Positions 9,803-17,868 of a stretch of 46,481 bases of DNA are shown one piece after another (position 1 is the stretch's first letter; each line of letters starts with the position of its first letter). The notes beneath the pieces were generated by a model. That model saw nothing but the letters and a program-made list of their open reading frames with translations, did not search any database and was not told where the DNA came from. The stretch spans positions 3,903-50,383 of the forward strand of contig MHRI01000003.1 in assembly GCA_001820935.1 (NCBI GenBank), in the 5' to 3' direction. The stretch is from Candidatus Taylorbacteria bacterium RIFCSPHIGHO2_01_FULL_51_15 (GTDB lineage Bacteria > Patescibacteriota > Minisyncoccia > Phycocordibacterales > UBA10002). The position numbers and the translations under genes are program-made.

Positions 9803-11458
9803 ATGGCACCTAAAAATAGAAAGTATATTTTTGTAGTTGGAGGCGTTATGTCGAGCGTCGGCAAAGGAGTCGCCGCCGCCTCAATCGGCACCATTCTGCA
9901 GGGCAAGGGATTCAAAGTCACGGCGATGAAAATAGACCCGTACGTCAATGTAGACGCGGGCACCATGAACCCCACCGAGCACGGCGAGGTTTTTGTGTTG
10001 AATGACGGGATGGAGTGCGATCAGGACATGGGTAATTATGAACGGTTCCTCGGCATCGATCTTACCCGAACAAATTACATGACTACGGGGAGCATCTATC
10101 TTCGAGTCATTCAAAAAGAGCGCAATTTGGAATACAAGGGAAGATGCGTGCACGTGGTGCCCGATATTCCGCTCGCGGCCATTGAACAAATCAAAAAGGC
10201 GGGAGAAGAGGCCGATGCCGATATCGTCATCATCGAAGTCGGGGGAACCGTGGGCGATTACCAAAATGTGTTATATCTCGAGGCGGTTCGATTCATGAAG
10301 TTCGCGGAGCCCGATGACACGCTTCTCGTGCTCGTAAGCTACATACCGGCGCTTGGCGTAGGGGGCAACGAGCTCAAAACCAAACCGACCCAGCACGCGG
10401 TTCGGTTTCTCAACGCCTCCGGGCTTCACCCCGACATGGTCCTTGCTCGTTCACCAGTTGCGATTGATGAAAAACGCAAGGAGAAACTTGAATACATGTG
10501 TGGGCTCGCGAAAGGGAGCATCATTTCTGCTCCGGATGTGGATTCCATTTACGACATCCCTCTCAATTTTGAGAAAGATGACCTCAGCGGTTTCATCCTA
10601 AAGAAGCTCCGTTTGGAGTCGTCAACGAAAGACTTAAAGGAGTGGAGAGCGCTCTCGGAGAAAAGACGCGCGACGACGGAAACGATAAGCATCGGCATTG
10701 TCGGCAAGTATTTTGATACCGGCAATTTCGTGCTCTCTGACGCGTACATTTCGGTCATCGAGGCCGTAAAGCATTCGGCTTATTTCATCGGGAGAAAACC
10801 GGTCATGACGTGGATCAACTCAAAAGATTTTGAGACGGGGGCGAAGGATGTCTCGATGCTCAAAGAGTTTGACGGTATCCTCGTACCGGGTGGATTCGGG
10901 GAGAGCGGGATTGAGGGTAAAATTAAGGCGATACAATTCGCGCGCGAAAATAAGATACCCTACTTCGGCCTCTGCTACGGTATGCAACTTGCGGTCATTG
11001 AATACGCACGACATGTTGCTAATCTCACTCTCGCAAATACCACAGAAATAAAACCGGACACAGCGCACCCGGTCATTGACATCATGCCGGAGCAGAAAAA
11101 ACACATGGCGGAAGGAAAGTACGGTGCCACTATGCGTCTTGGAGCATATCCTGCACATCTTACAAAAGGAACCATCGCCGCAGAGGCGTATGGCAAGGAA
11201 GAAATCTCCGAGCGTCATCGACACCGCTTTGAAGTAAACCCGGAATATATCGAGAAACTTGAAAAGGCCGGCCTCGTCTTCTCCGGGCGTTCTCCGGACG
11301 GGGTACTCATGGAGATTGCTGAACTCCCGCGCGAAGTACACCCATTCTTTCTCGGTACGCAGTTCCACCCCGAGCTCCAAGCAAGACCGCTTGCGCCGCA
11401 CCCGCTTTTCACCGCCTTCTTAAAGGCAGCCAGCGCACGTAAGAAAATCGGTGTATGA
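9803..11458 (+). CDS. pyrG: CTP synthase
   Basis: GGVMSSVGKG, KIDPYVNVDAGTMNPTEHGEVFV, GLCYGMQ, ERHRHRFE, QFHPE. Confidence 0.97.
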   Translation: MAPKNRKYIFVVGGVMSSVGKGVAAASIGTILQGKGFKVTAMKIDPYVNVDAGTMNPTEHGEVFVLNDGMECDQDMGNYERFLGIDLTRTNYMTTGSIYLRVIQKERNLEYKGRCVHVVPDIPLAAIEQIKKAGEEADADIVIIEVGGTVGDYQNVLYLEAVRFMKFAEPDDTLLVLVSYIPALGVGGNELKTKPTQHAVRFLNASGLHPDMVLARSPVAIDEKRKEKLEYMCGLAKGSIISAPDVDSIYDIPLNFEKDDLSGFILKKLRLESSTKDLKEWRALSEKRRATTETISIGIVGKYFDTGNFVLSDAYISVIEAVKHSAYFIGRKPVMTWINSKDFETGAKDVSMLKEFDGILVPGGFGESGIEGKIKAIQFARENKIPYFGLCYGMQLAVIEYARHVANLTLANTTEIKPDTAHPVIDIMPEQKKHMAEGKYGATMRLGAYPAHLTKGTIAAEAYGKEEISERHRHRFEVNPEYIEKLEKAGLVFSGRSPDGVLMEIAELPREVHPFFLGTQFHPELQARPLAPHPLFTAFLKAASARKKIGV

Positions 11459-12156
11459 CATTTCCGGTCCAGTATGCATACCTTGCACTAGGTCTCTTGT
11501 ACTTGATTTTTTGGCTTATACTTTTTCTCTCCCGCCGTGATCTACGGCGGGAAATGCTCATTTCCAGTTTGCTTGCAGGTTTTTTGGCTATAATTTTGGA
11601 GCCGTTCTTCTTGAAGGATTATTGGACACCGGAGCTTATCAACGGCTGGAGCGTTGGCATTGAAGATTTCTTATATGGTTTTGCAATAGGGGGCATCGCC
11701 AATGTTCTGTACGAGGAATTCTTTAAGAAAAGGTTCATCCGTAAAAGATCGGAGAGGTACCATTGGCGCTTTCTCTTGATTCTCTATATCGTTTCCTTTT
11801 CCGTGTTGCTTCTTGGAAGGGAGTTCTGGGGTTTGAATACAATGTACGCCACACTCGGGGCACTGGGAGCCGCTTTTTTATCCATTATGTTGTTTCGCCC
11901 CGATCTTGCACGGGATGCCATCTGGAGCGGGATATTATTTACGATGATAACCGCACTGGTCTACATTCCTGTGATACTGTCGTTTCCAGATTTCATCACT
12001 TCTTTTTGGCACCTCAAGAATTTAAGCGGGATACTCCTTGGCGGAATACCTTTAGAAGAATTTCTCTGGGCGTTCATGTTCGGACTCGTTGCAGGACCGT
12101 TTTACGAAGCATGGGCCGGCCTTAAGCTTCGAAAAGTTCGTTATTCTAAACTATGA
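11455..12156 (+). CDS. Membrane protein with two lycopene-cyclase-like repeats
   Basis: About 7 TM helices; repeated GIEDFLYGF and GIPLEEFLWAF motifs. Confidence 0.65.
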   Translation: MTFPVQYAYLALGLLYLIFWLILFLSRRDLRREMLISSLLAGFLAIILEPFFLKDYWTPELINGWSVGIEDFLYGFAIGGIANVLYEEFFKKRFIRKRSERYHWRFLLILYIVSFSVLLLGREFWGLNTMYATLGALGAAFLSIMLFRPDLARDAIWSGILFTMITALVYIPVILSFPDFITSFWHLKNLSGILLGGIPLEEFLWAFMFGLVAGPFYEAWAGLKLRKVRYSKL

Positions 12157-13031
12157 CCATAAGTGTTGGAGTCGGATTTGCGTTTGTCGCGATGCTTTGC
12201 TGGGGCATTGGGGATTTTCTCATACAGAAATCCACGCGTAGAATTGGAGACTTCGAAACACTCTTTCTTATTACGTTTTTTGGTGCCGCACTCCTCCTCC
12301 CGTTCGTGTATCAAGACATTCCAGACCTTTTCGAGGCTGATGGAAAGAATAGTCTGCCGGTGCTTGTTGGAGGGTCCCTCATCCTCTTTCTTGCTGCCGT
12401 GCTTAACTTTGAGGCGCTTCGACGAGGTAAAATCTCAGTCGTGGAACCGATATGGTCCTTCGAAATTGTGGCGGCCTCACTCTTTGCATTTTTTGTACTT
12501 GGCGAGCGCCTAAGCGTTGAGGAAATTGCACTGGTAATTCTTCTTATGCTCGGTCTTTTTCTCGTCTCGTTTCGTGGCAAAATCCTCTCACACCGCCACT
12601 TTCTTGAACGAGGCGTCTCACTCGCTTTTTTAGGGGCTGTTGCTATGGGTATCGCGAACTTCTTTGTCGGCTGGGGAGCGAGGCTCACCGACGCCCTCGT
12701 AGTTAACTTTGTCTTCAACGTCGTCATCGCGATACTTTCTGGCGTCTATCTCCTCGTTCACGGCCGATTATTTCAATCATTTCGCGATCTTATGCGCTAT
12801 CGAGTGTCGGTCATCCCCATGATCATCACCGATAATGCGGCGTGGATCGCGTACGCGTTTGCGATGAGTCTTATCCCTATAGGCATCGCAACGGCTCTCT
12901 CCGAAAGCTACATTATCATCGCAGTTATTCTCGGGTTTGCGCTCGGTCGGGAGAAACTCGGGCTCCATCAAAAAGTGGGACTCATAGTTGCTTTGATTAC
13001 CGCGATTACCCTTGCTACTATTAGCGCGTGA
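12153..13031 (+). CDS. DMT/EamA family transporter
   Basis: About 10 TM helices in two repeats; AMLCWGIGDF, ALRRGKISVVEPI, LGERLS / LGREKL. Confidence 0.85.
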   Translation: MTISVGVGFAFVAMLCWGIGDFLIQKSTRRIGDFETLFLITFFGAALLLPFVYQDIPDLFEADGKNSLPVLVGGSLILFLAAVLNFEALRRGKISVVEPIWSFEIVAASLFAFFVLGERLSVEEIALVILLMLGLFLVSFRGKILSHRHFLERGVSLAFLGAVAMGIANFFVGWGARLTDALVVNFVFNVVIAILSGVYLLVHGRLFQSFRDLMRYRVSVIPMIITDNAAWIAYAFAMSLIPIGIATALSESYIIIAVILGFALGREKLGLHQKVGLIVALITAITLATISA

Positions 13032-13588
13032 TAGACATCTTTGATGCTAAAACAATCTGGACCATTGCGCACCTTTTAGGTGTCGCGATCGGAGCCGGCG
13101 GGGCATATCTTGGCGATGTGCTCTTTTTGTCCTCGGTGCGGGATGGCGTGATTTCACACACCGAGTTTTCATTTCTGAAACGCACAGGACTTTTTGTCTG
13201 GCTGGGAGTTGGTATCCTCACTCTAAGCGGCGCGGGATTATTCTTCCTCGATCCATCGTACTATCTTGGTTCCTCGAAATTTCTCGCAAAGGTATCGATT
13301 GTCGTCGTCATTGTGATTAATGGAGTAGTATTTCACCTTGTTCATTTTAAGATGTTACAGCGGCTCATTGGCATAGAGCTCAAGACCTCGCAAGAATTTC
13401 GGCGTACAAGCGCGACCCTCTTTGCAAGCGGAGCTGTTTCGGTTATTTCTTGGACGAGCGCGCTCATACTCGGCTCACTCCGGTCGCTCCCGTTTTCCGT
13501 TTCGGAGATTCTTAGCGTGTATGGTATTCTAATCGGGATCGGTATCGTCATGGCGATGCTGTTTCGCAAGAGATTTTTATCCCGCTAA
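13028..13588 (+). CDS. Hypothetical integral membrane protein
   Basis: GTG start overlapping the previous stop; about 5 hydrophobic helices with intramembrane His (AHLLGVAIG, NGVVFH). Confidence 0.75.
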   Translation: MIDIFDAKTIWTIAHLLGVAIGAGGAYLGDVLFLSSVRDGVISHTEFSFLKRTGLFVWLGVGILTLSGAGLFFLDPSYYLGSSKFLAKVSIVVVIVINGVVFHLVHFKMLQRLIGIELKTSQEFRRTSATLFASGAVSVISWTSALILGSLRSLPFSVSEILSVYGILIGIGIVMAMLFRKRFLSR

Positions 13589-13597
13589 CTCACTTTC

Positions 13598-14599
13598 GTG
13601 ACCCTCCAAAGCATCGCAGAGCAATTAGTCGCCAAAGGAAAGGGCATTCTCGCCGCGGATGAGAGTGATTCGACGTGTGCCAAACGCTTTGACGCGTACG
13701 ACATCGAGAAAACACCGGAAATGCGGCGCACCTGGCGTGAGCTCCTTTTCACCACTCCCGGCATCGAGAAAGGACTCTCCGGAGTCATCCTTTACGACGA
13801 AACTATCAGGCAGAAGACGAGCACTGGAGTTCCATTCGCGACATTCCTCACGAGCCGCGGCATCCTCCCTGGCATCAAGGTGGATCAAAAGACCGAGCCT
13901 CTTGCAGACTCGGAGGAGGAAGAGGTAACCAAAGGACTTCTTGGTCTCCAAGAACGGTTGCGCGAATACGTCGGCTTGGGCGCGACCTTTACCAAATGGC
14001 GGGCCGTCATCCGGATTGGAGACGGACTCCCAACAAGCGCGTGTCTTCAAGAAAATGCCGTTCGTCTCGCAAAGTACGCGAAGGAGAGCCAGGCGGCGGG
14101 ACTTGTGCCCATCATCGAGCCAGAAGTACTTCTCGACGGAGCGCATACACTGAAGCGCTCGGAGGAGGTCCTCACTGAAACACTTCTGGCCGTGTTTGCG
14201 GAAGTTGAAAAAGCGAACATCGATCTTTCCGGTCTTATTTTGAAATCCAGCATGGCGCTTCCCGGGAAAGATTCCGGCCTTTCAGCGAGTCCACAGGAAG
14301 TCGCTAAGGCGACTCTGCGGGCGTTTTCGAGCGCGGTGCCGAAGGCCACTCCAGGCATCGTGTTTCTCTCCGGCGGACAGACCCCAGAAGACGCGACACT
14401 TCGCCTGAATGAAATAGTGAAGGAAGCGAGGACACAGAATGCGCCGTGGCGCATCACGTTCTCATACTCACGCGCGTTACAAGACCCAGTACTCAAGGCG
14501 TGGGCAGGGAAGAAGGAGAATGTGAAGTCCGCGCAGGCGATCTTCGCGAAGCGGGTTGAAGACACATCCCGAGCGTCTGAAGGGAACTACGGTGAGTGA
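13598..14599 (+). CDS. Fructose-bisphosphate aldolase class I
   Basis: GKGILAADES, GVILYDETIRQ, PGIKVD, FTKWRAV, VPIIEPEV, FLSGGQ, FSYSRALQ. Confidence 0.95.
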   Translation: MTLQSIAEQLVAKGKGILAADESDSTCAKRFDAYDIEKTPEMRRTWRELLFTTPGIEKGLSGVILYDETIRQKTSTGVPFATFLTSRGILPGIKVDQKTEPLADSEEEEVTKGLLGLQERLREYVGLGATFTKWRAVIRIGDGLPTSACLQENAVRLAKYAKESQAAGLVPIIEPEVLLDGAHTLKRSEEVLTETLLAVFAEVEKANIDLSGLILKSSMALPGKDSGLSASPQEVAKATLRAFSSAVPKATPGIVFLSGGQTPEDATLRLNEIVKEARTQNAPWRITFSYSRALQDPVLKAWAGKKENVKSAQAIFAKRVEDTSRASEGNYGE

Positions 14600-14625
14600 A
14601 TTATGAATTAGGAATTATGAAGTAA
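14598..14625. repeat. Heptamer array starting in the aldolase stop codon
   Basis: GAATTAT GAATTAG GAATTAT GAAGTAA. Confidence 0.7.
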
Positions 14626-14673
14626 GCGGAGGGAAAACAATTCGCACACTTTAGTGTTCAAGTTGCGCATGTC

Positions 14674-15438
14674 ATGGAATTTCTAGATATTGCTGTTGAG
14701 GCGGCCAAGAAGGGAGGAGCGATTCTCGACCGGTACTTCGAGACGTCGCTCTCTCGCGAGGTAAAAGCGGACAAGAGCTTTGTGACAAAAGCGGACACCG
14801 AGGCCGAGGCCGCGATTATTGCCGAAATAAAGAAATCGTTTCCCGACCATGGCATCTTGGGTGAAGAGAGCGGTGAAGAAAAGAGCAGTTCGCCCTTTAC
14901 GTGGATTATTGACCCGCTCGATGGCACCGGGAATTTCGTCAACGGTATCCCGCTTTTTTCGGTCTCGATTGCTGTGCTTAAAAGCAGTGTACCTGTGGCC
15001 GCCGTCGTGTATAACCCGTCGAGCGATTCGCTCTACGCGGGAGCGAAGGGGAAGGGCGTGCTCTGGAATGGGAAGCGCGTGCGAGTTTCAGACGGAGATA
15101 CGGAGCACGCGATGATCTCTTTTGGACCCGGGAAGGGAGAGAAGGAACGTCTGAATCGGCTCATCTCGTCCGCCGAGCTTTTTGTAAAATCAAAGCGCTA
15201 TCTTGGCGCGTGCGCGCTCGAACTCGCATACGTCGCGCGCGGCGGCACTGAAGGATTCATTTGTCTTGGACTTAACAAGTGGGACTACGCCGCCGGCGTG
15301 CTTCTCGTTGAAGAGGCAGGGGGCAAGATTACGGATGTTGAGGGAAATCCGTGGGTATTCGGTTCGAGAGATTACTTCATCGCGTCGAACGGGAAAATTC
15401 ACGACGCGCTTCTTAAGCTCATCAAGAAAGCCGCGTGA
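14674..15438 (+). CDS. Inositol monophosphatase family protein (SuhB / FBPase-IMPase-like)
   Basis: FVTKAD, ILGEE, WIIDPLDGTGNF, WDYAAGVLLVEEAGG. Confidence 0.92.
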   Translation: MEFLDIAVEAAKKGGAILDRYFETSLSREVKADKSFVTKADTEAEAAIIAEIKKSFPDHGILGEESGEEKSSSPFTWIIDPLDGTGNFVNGIPLFSVSIAVLKSSVPVAAVVYNPSSDSLYAGAKGKGVLWNGKRVRVSDGDTEHAMISFGPGKGEKERLNRLISSAELFVKSKRYLGACALELAYVARGGTEGFICLGLNKWDYAAGVLLVEEAGGKITDVEGNPWVFGSRDYFIASNGKIHDALLKLIKKAA

Positions 15439-15533
15439 GTTGAGAAAAAGGGGCTTTTCAAGTATTCTCTATCTTAATGGCCTGGGATTTGTAACTTGAA
15501 GATGAACGCACGAATTCCAGGTCTTTTTAGCAT

Positions 15534-15605
15534 TGCGGGGTCTGCTAACCGGTAGGCAACATGGCTCTGAACCATGGAATCTAGGTTCGATTCCTAGCCC
15601 CGCAG
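15534..15605 (+). tRNA. tRNA-Gln(CTG)
   Basis: Acceptor TGCGGGG/CCCCGCA, anticodon arm CATGG-CTCTGAA-CCATG, T arm CTAGG-TTCGATT-CCTAG, discriminator G, CCA not encoded. Confidence 0.93.
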
Positions 15606-15700
15606 CTGGTATAAAATCTTTCTACTTTTAGTGGATTAGATTTTAACCATCCCGCACAGCAACCTGTGCGGGACAGATTTCAAGTATAAAAATTCAGCTC

Positions 15701-15850
15701 CCCGAGGCTTTGCGAGGGGCAACCTAAAACCAACGAGCGTCTTCGCGACTTTGGTTTTGGACGTCCCGAGTCCTTGCGAGGGGCAACCTAAAACCAACGA
15801 GCGTCTTCGCGACTTTGGTTTTGGACGTCCCGAGTCCTTGCGAGGGGCAA
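15701..15850. repeat. 64-bp tandem repeat, about 2.3 copies
   Basis: CCCGAG units begin at 15701, 15765, 15829; unit holds CCCGAGTCCTTGCGAGGGG and AAAACCAA..TTGGTTTT hairpins. Confidence 0.9.
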
Positions 15851-15886
15851 GAAGTGTAACGAGCGAAGCGACAGGGGGCAGTCTTT

Positions 15887-16141
15887 ATGAAATATTTTGT
15901 CTACATCTTGAGATGCTCCGATACATCTCTCTATGCTGGTTGTACCAACAATCTCGGACGAAGAGTTAACGAGCACAATCATTCAAAACGGGGCGCACAC
16001 TATACAAAAATCCGCAGGCCTGTAATTTTAAAATATTCTGAATCGTTTTCTACTCTGAAAAAGGCCCGTCGTCGCGAACACGAGATTAAAAGTTGGACAC
16101 GACAAAAGAAACTCGACCTCATAGAGCTCGGTCTGCAGTGA
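15887..16141 (+). CDS. Small stand-alone GIY-YIG nuclease (UPF0213/YhbQ-like)
   Basis: YFVYILRCSDTSLYAGCTNNLGRRVNEHN..GAHYTK..A.RREHEIK. Confidence 0.9.
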   Translation: MKYFVYILRCSDTSLYAGCTNNLGRRVNEHNHSKRGAHYTKIRRPVILKYSESFSTLKKARRREHEIKSWTRQKKLDLIELGLQ

Positions 16142-16220
16142 GTTTTTCGCCTCCTCTCACACCACCGCCTTCGGCGGTGGCTCCATGCAAGACTCTATCA
16201 TTGCATTCCAATCATTCACA

Positions 16221-16256
16221 TTTAGCAATAGTATACGTTCGTACACTATTGCTAAA
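16221..16256. repeat. 36-bp imperfect palindrome
   Basis: TTTAGCAATAGT-ATACGTTCGTAC-ACTATTGCTAAA. Confidence 0.8.
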
Positions 16257-16356
16257 CACCGGAAAAACCTGCACCACATGGAGTGGACACACTACGTCTT
16301 GATAGAAGACACCCTGCGCTCGCCGTGCAGGGAAGTCGGAGTCACTCTTTAATTCA

Positions 16357-16518
16357 CTAGCCGCATGAACAGCCTACTTCCGCCTTTCCGCAGGCCTTGC
16401 ATTTCGGCATGCAATGTTCGCCACCGCATGAATGTTCGTTATCGTGCTCTTCGGCTTCCGCGCCGCACACATCGCACTTATACCCTTCCGTATCTCCTTC
16501 GCATGTTTTACATGACAT
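16357..16518 (-). CDS. 53-aa Cys/His-rich metallothionein-like or zinc-binding protein
   Basis: Hand translation MSCKTCEGDTEGYKCDVCGAEAEEHDNEHSCGGEHCMPKCKACGKAEVGCSCG*; 10 Cys, 3 His; AT-rich leader; hairpin after stop (16312-16332). Confidence 0.75.
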   Translation of the reverse strand: MSCKTCEGDTEGYKCDVCGAEAEEHDNEHSCGGEHCMPKCKACGKAEVGCSCG

Positions 16519-16623
16519 ACGTATTTTTTTGTTTACTTTTTAATGAGACCTTTGTGTTAATCTTACGTTAGATAGTAATACCGCGCAAAGTGAGCGGGCA
16601 TGTTATTTTTTTTAATATCTCTC

Positions 16624-16929
16624 ATGAGTGAATCAAAACGTACATACCGCATGCGCTCCGAGGTCTGGCCATATCCCGGCATGGCAGGGTGGCGTTTCCT
16701 GACTCTCCCCAAGAAAGACGGTCAGGAAATCAGGCAAAAGTTTGGCAAACAGGCGAGGGGGTGGGGGTCGCTCCCCGTCAGCGTAACTATAGGAAACACC
16801 ACTTGGAACACTTCAATCTTCCCTGATAAGAAATCAGGATCATACGTGCTCCCGCTTAAGGCCAAGATAAGGAAAGCCGAGGGTATATCTGACCACTCGC
16901 GCGTTACGTTTACTCTCACGCTACGGTAG
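16624..16929 (+). CDS. DUF1905 family protein
   Basis: GWRFLTLP..RGWGSLPVSVTIGNTTWNTSIFPD..YVLPLKAKIRKAEGI; start taken at MSESK. Confidence 0.8.
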   Translation: MSESKRTYRMRSEVWPYPGMAGWRFLTLPKKDGQEIRQKFGKQARGWGSLPVSVTIGNTTWNTSIFPDKKSGSYVLPLKAKIRKAEGISDHSRVTFTLTLR

Positions 16930-17085
16930 CACCGCGCTCCGCATTAGGTAGATAAATCCTCCGACCTCGCCACTCCCACCACCCCGTCTCGGAGACTCGA
17001 CACCCCTCCTCGGGCAGGAGGGGATGGCGGACCTCATTTAGCAAAGGAGGAATTAAGGCCCCTCTTCGGGGGTTTGGAGAGCTAC
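16926..17085. mobile_element. MITE-like hairpin repeat, copy 1 (left end degenerate)
   Basis: Shares GATAAATCCTCCGACCTCGCC, the CTCCCACCACCCCGTCTCGGAGACTCGACACCCCTCCTCGGGCAGGAGGGGATGGCG module and the AAAGGAGGAATTAAG..TGGAGAG(C/T)TAC end with 24539-24725. Confidence 0.65.
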
Positions 17086-17216
17086 TGGTGCGTATCTGGA
17101 CATTGGATTGCCTCCGTGTTATACATGTACCCGGCTCGCTCTTTGTACAACCCAGTTAATCTGGCTAGTGTGTAGGGCGAGAAAACAACTGAAACTACAG
17201 ACATACTGACACAAAC

Positions 17217-17765
17217 ATGAAGAAAACAATCAAGACGCGATTAATCGCATTTATCACACTACTCACACTGACGCTCGGCGTCTTCACTGATCCATTTCAA
17301 GCCATCGCCGCGCAAACGACGGTCCCCGGCCACTCGGGCTCGCGGACGGATAAAGACAACAACGGCATCTCTGACGCTGGGGTGTACGTGAACGGACACT
17401 ACGAGTCGACGTTCGCGTATGACGCGAACGGTGATTATTACTGGGATCTTGGCGACGGCAGGGTGTTCAAGACAGTTCCGTCTATCGCCGACCTGGATCA
17501 GGACACACTCACGGTCTGCGAGTATGTAATCAACTACCGGGCGGATTTCGGCAACGATCCGTTCATGAATCAAGGGTGGATTCAGAATCATATCGTATGT
17601 CGGGGATACGACTACCCAAAGGGCGCGGTGTTCTACTACCTTATCGTGAGCGACACCGACCCGCGCTACACCGGCGACCCTGACTGGGCCATCTGGGGCA
17701 ATTGGGAATACTTCGTGCTCGTCGTCAGTGGGGAAGGGAATCTCCCACGACTCCCGCAGTACTGA
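17217..17765 (+). CDS. Secreted hypothetical protein
   Basis: Signal peptide MKKTIKTRLIAFITLLTLTLG..AIAA; Asp/Tyr/Gly-rich; possible promoter TGGACA-17-TATACA (17097-17125); terminator follows. Confidence 0.8.
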   Translation: MKKTIKTRLIAFITLLTLTLGVFTDPFQAIAAQTTVPGHSGSRTDKDNNGISDAGVYVNGHYESTFAYDANGDYYWDLGDGRVFKTVPSIADLDQDTLTVCEYVINYRADFGNDPFMNQGWIQNHIVCRGYDYPKGAVFYYLIVSDTDPRYTGDPDWAIWGNWEYFVLVVSGEGNLPRLPQY

Positions 17766-17796
17766 CCCTAGGCCGCAATTGCTACGGACAACGCAC

Positions 17797-17828
17797 CGCC
17801 AGCTCTCAAACGGGAGCTGGCGTTTTTT
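17797..17828 (+). terminator. Rho-independent terminator between convergent genes
   Basis: CGCCAGCTCTC-AAAC-GGGAGCTGGCG-TTTTTT. Confidence 0.8.
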
Positions 17829-17868
17829 GCATCTAATCGAACTCGAAAATGGGAGCCCTCAACCTAGG

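Noticed and set aside
11455-12156. Carotenoid biosynthesis cluster
   Set aside because: Only one lycopene-cyclase-like membrane protein; no crtB, crtI or crtE in the window.
15701-15850. 64-bp repeats as a CRISPR array
   Set aside because: Whole units are duplicated with no unique spacers; no cas genes in the window.
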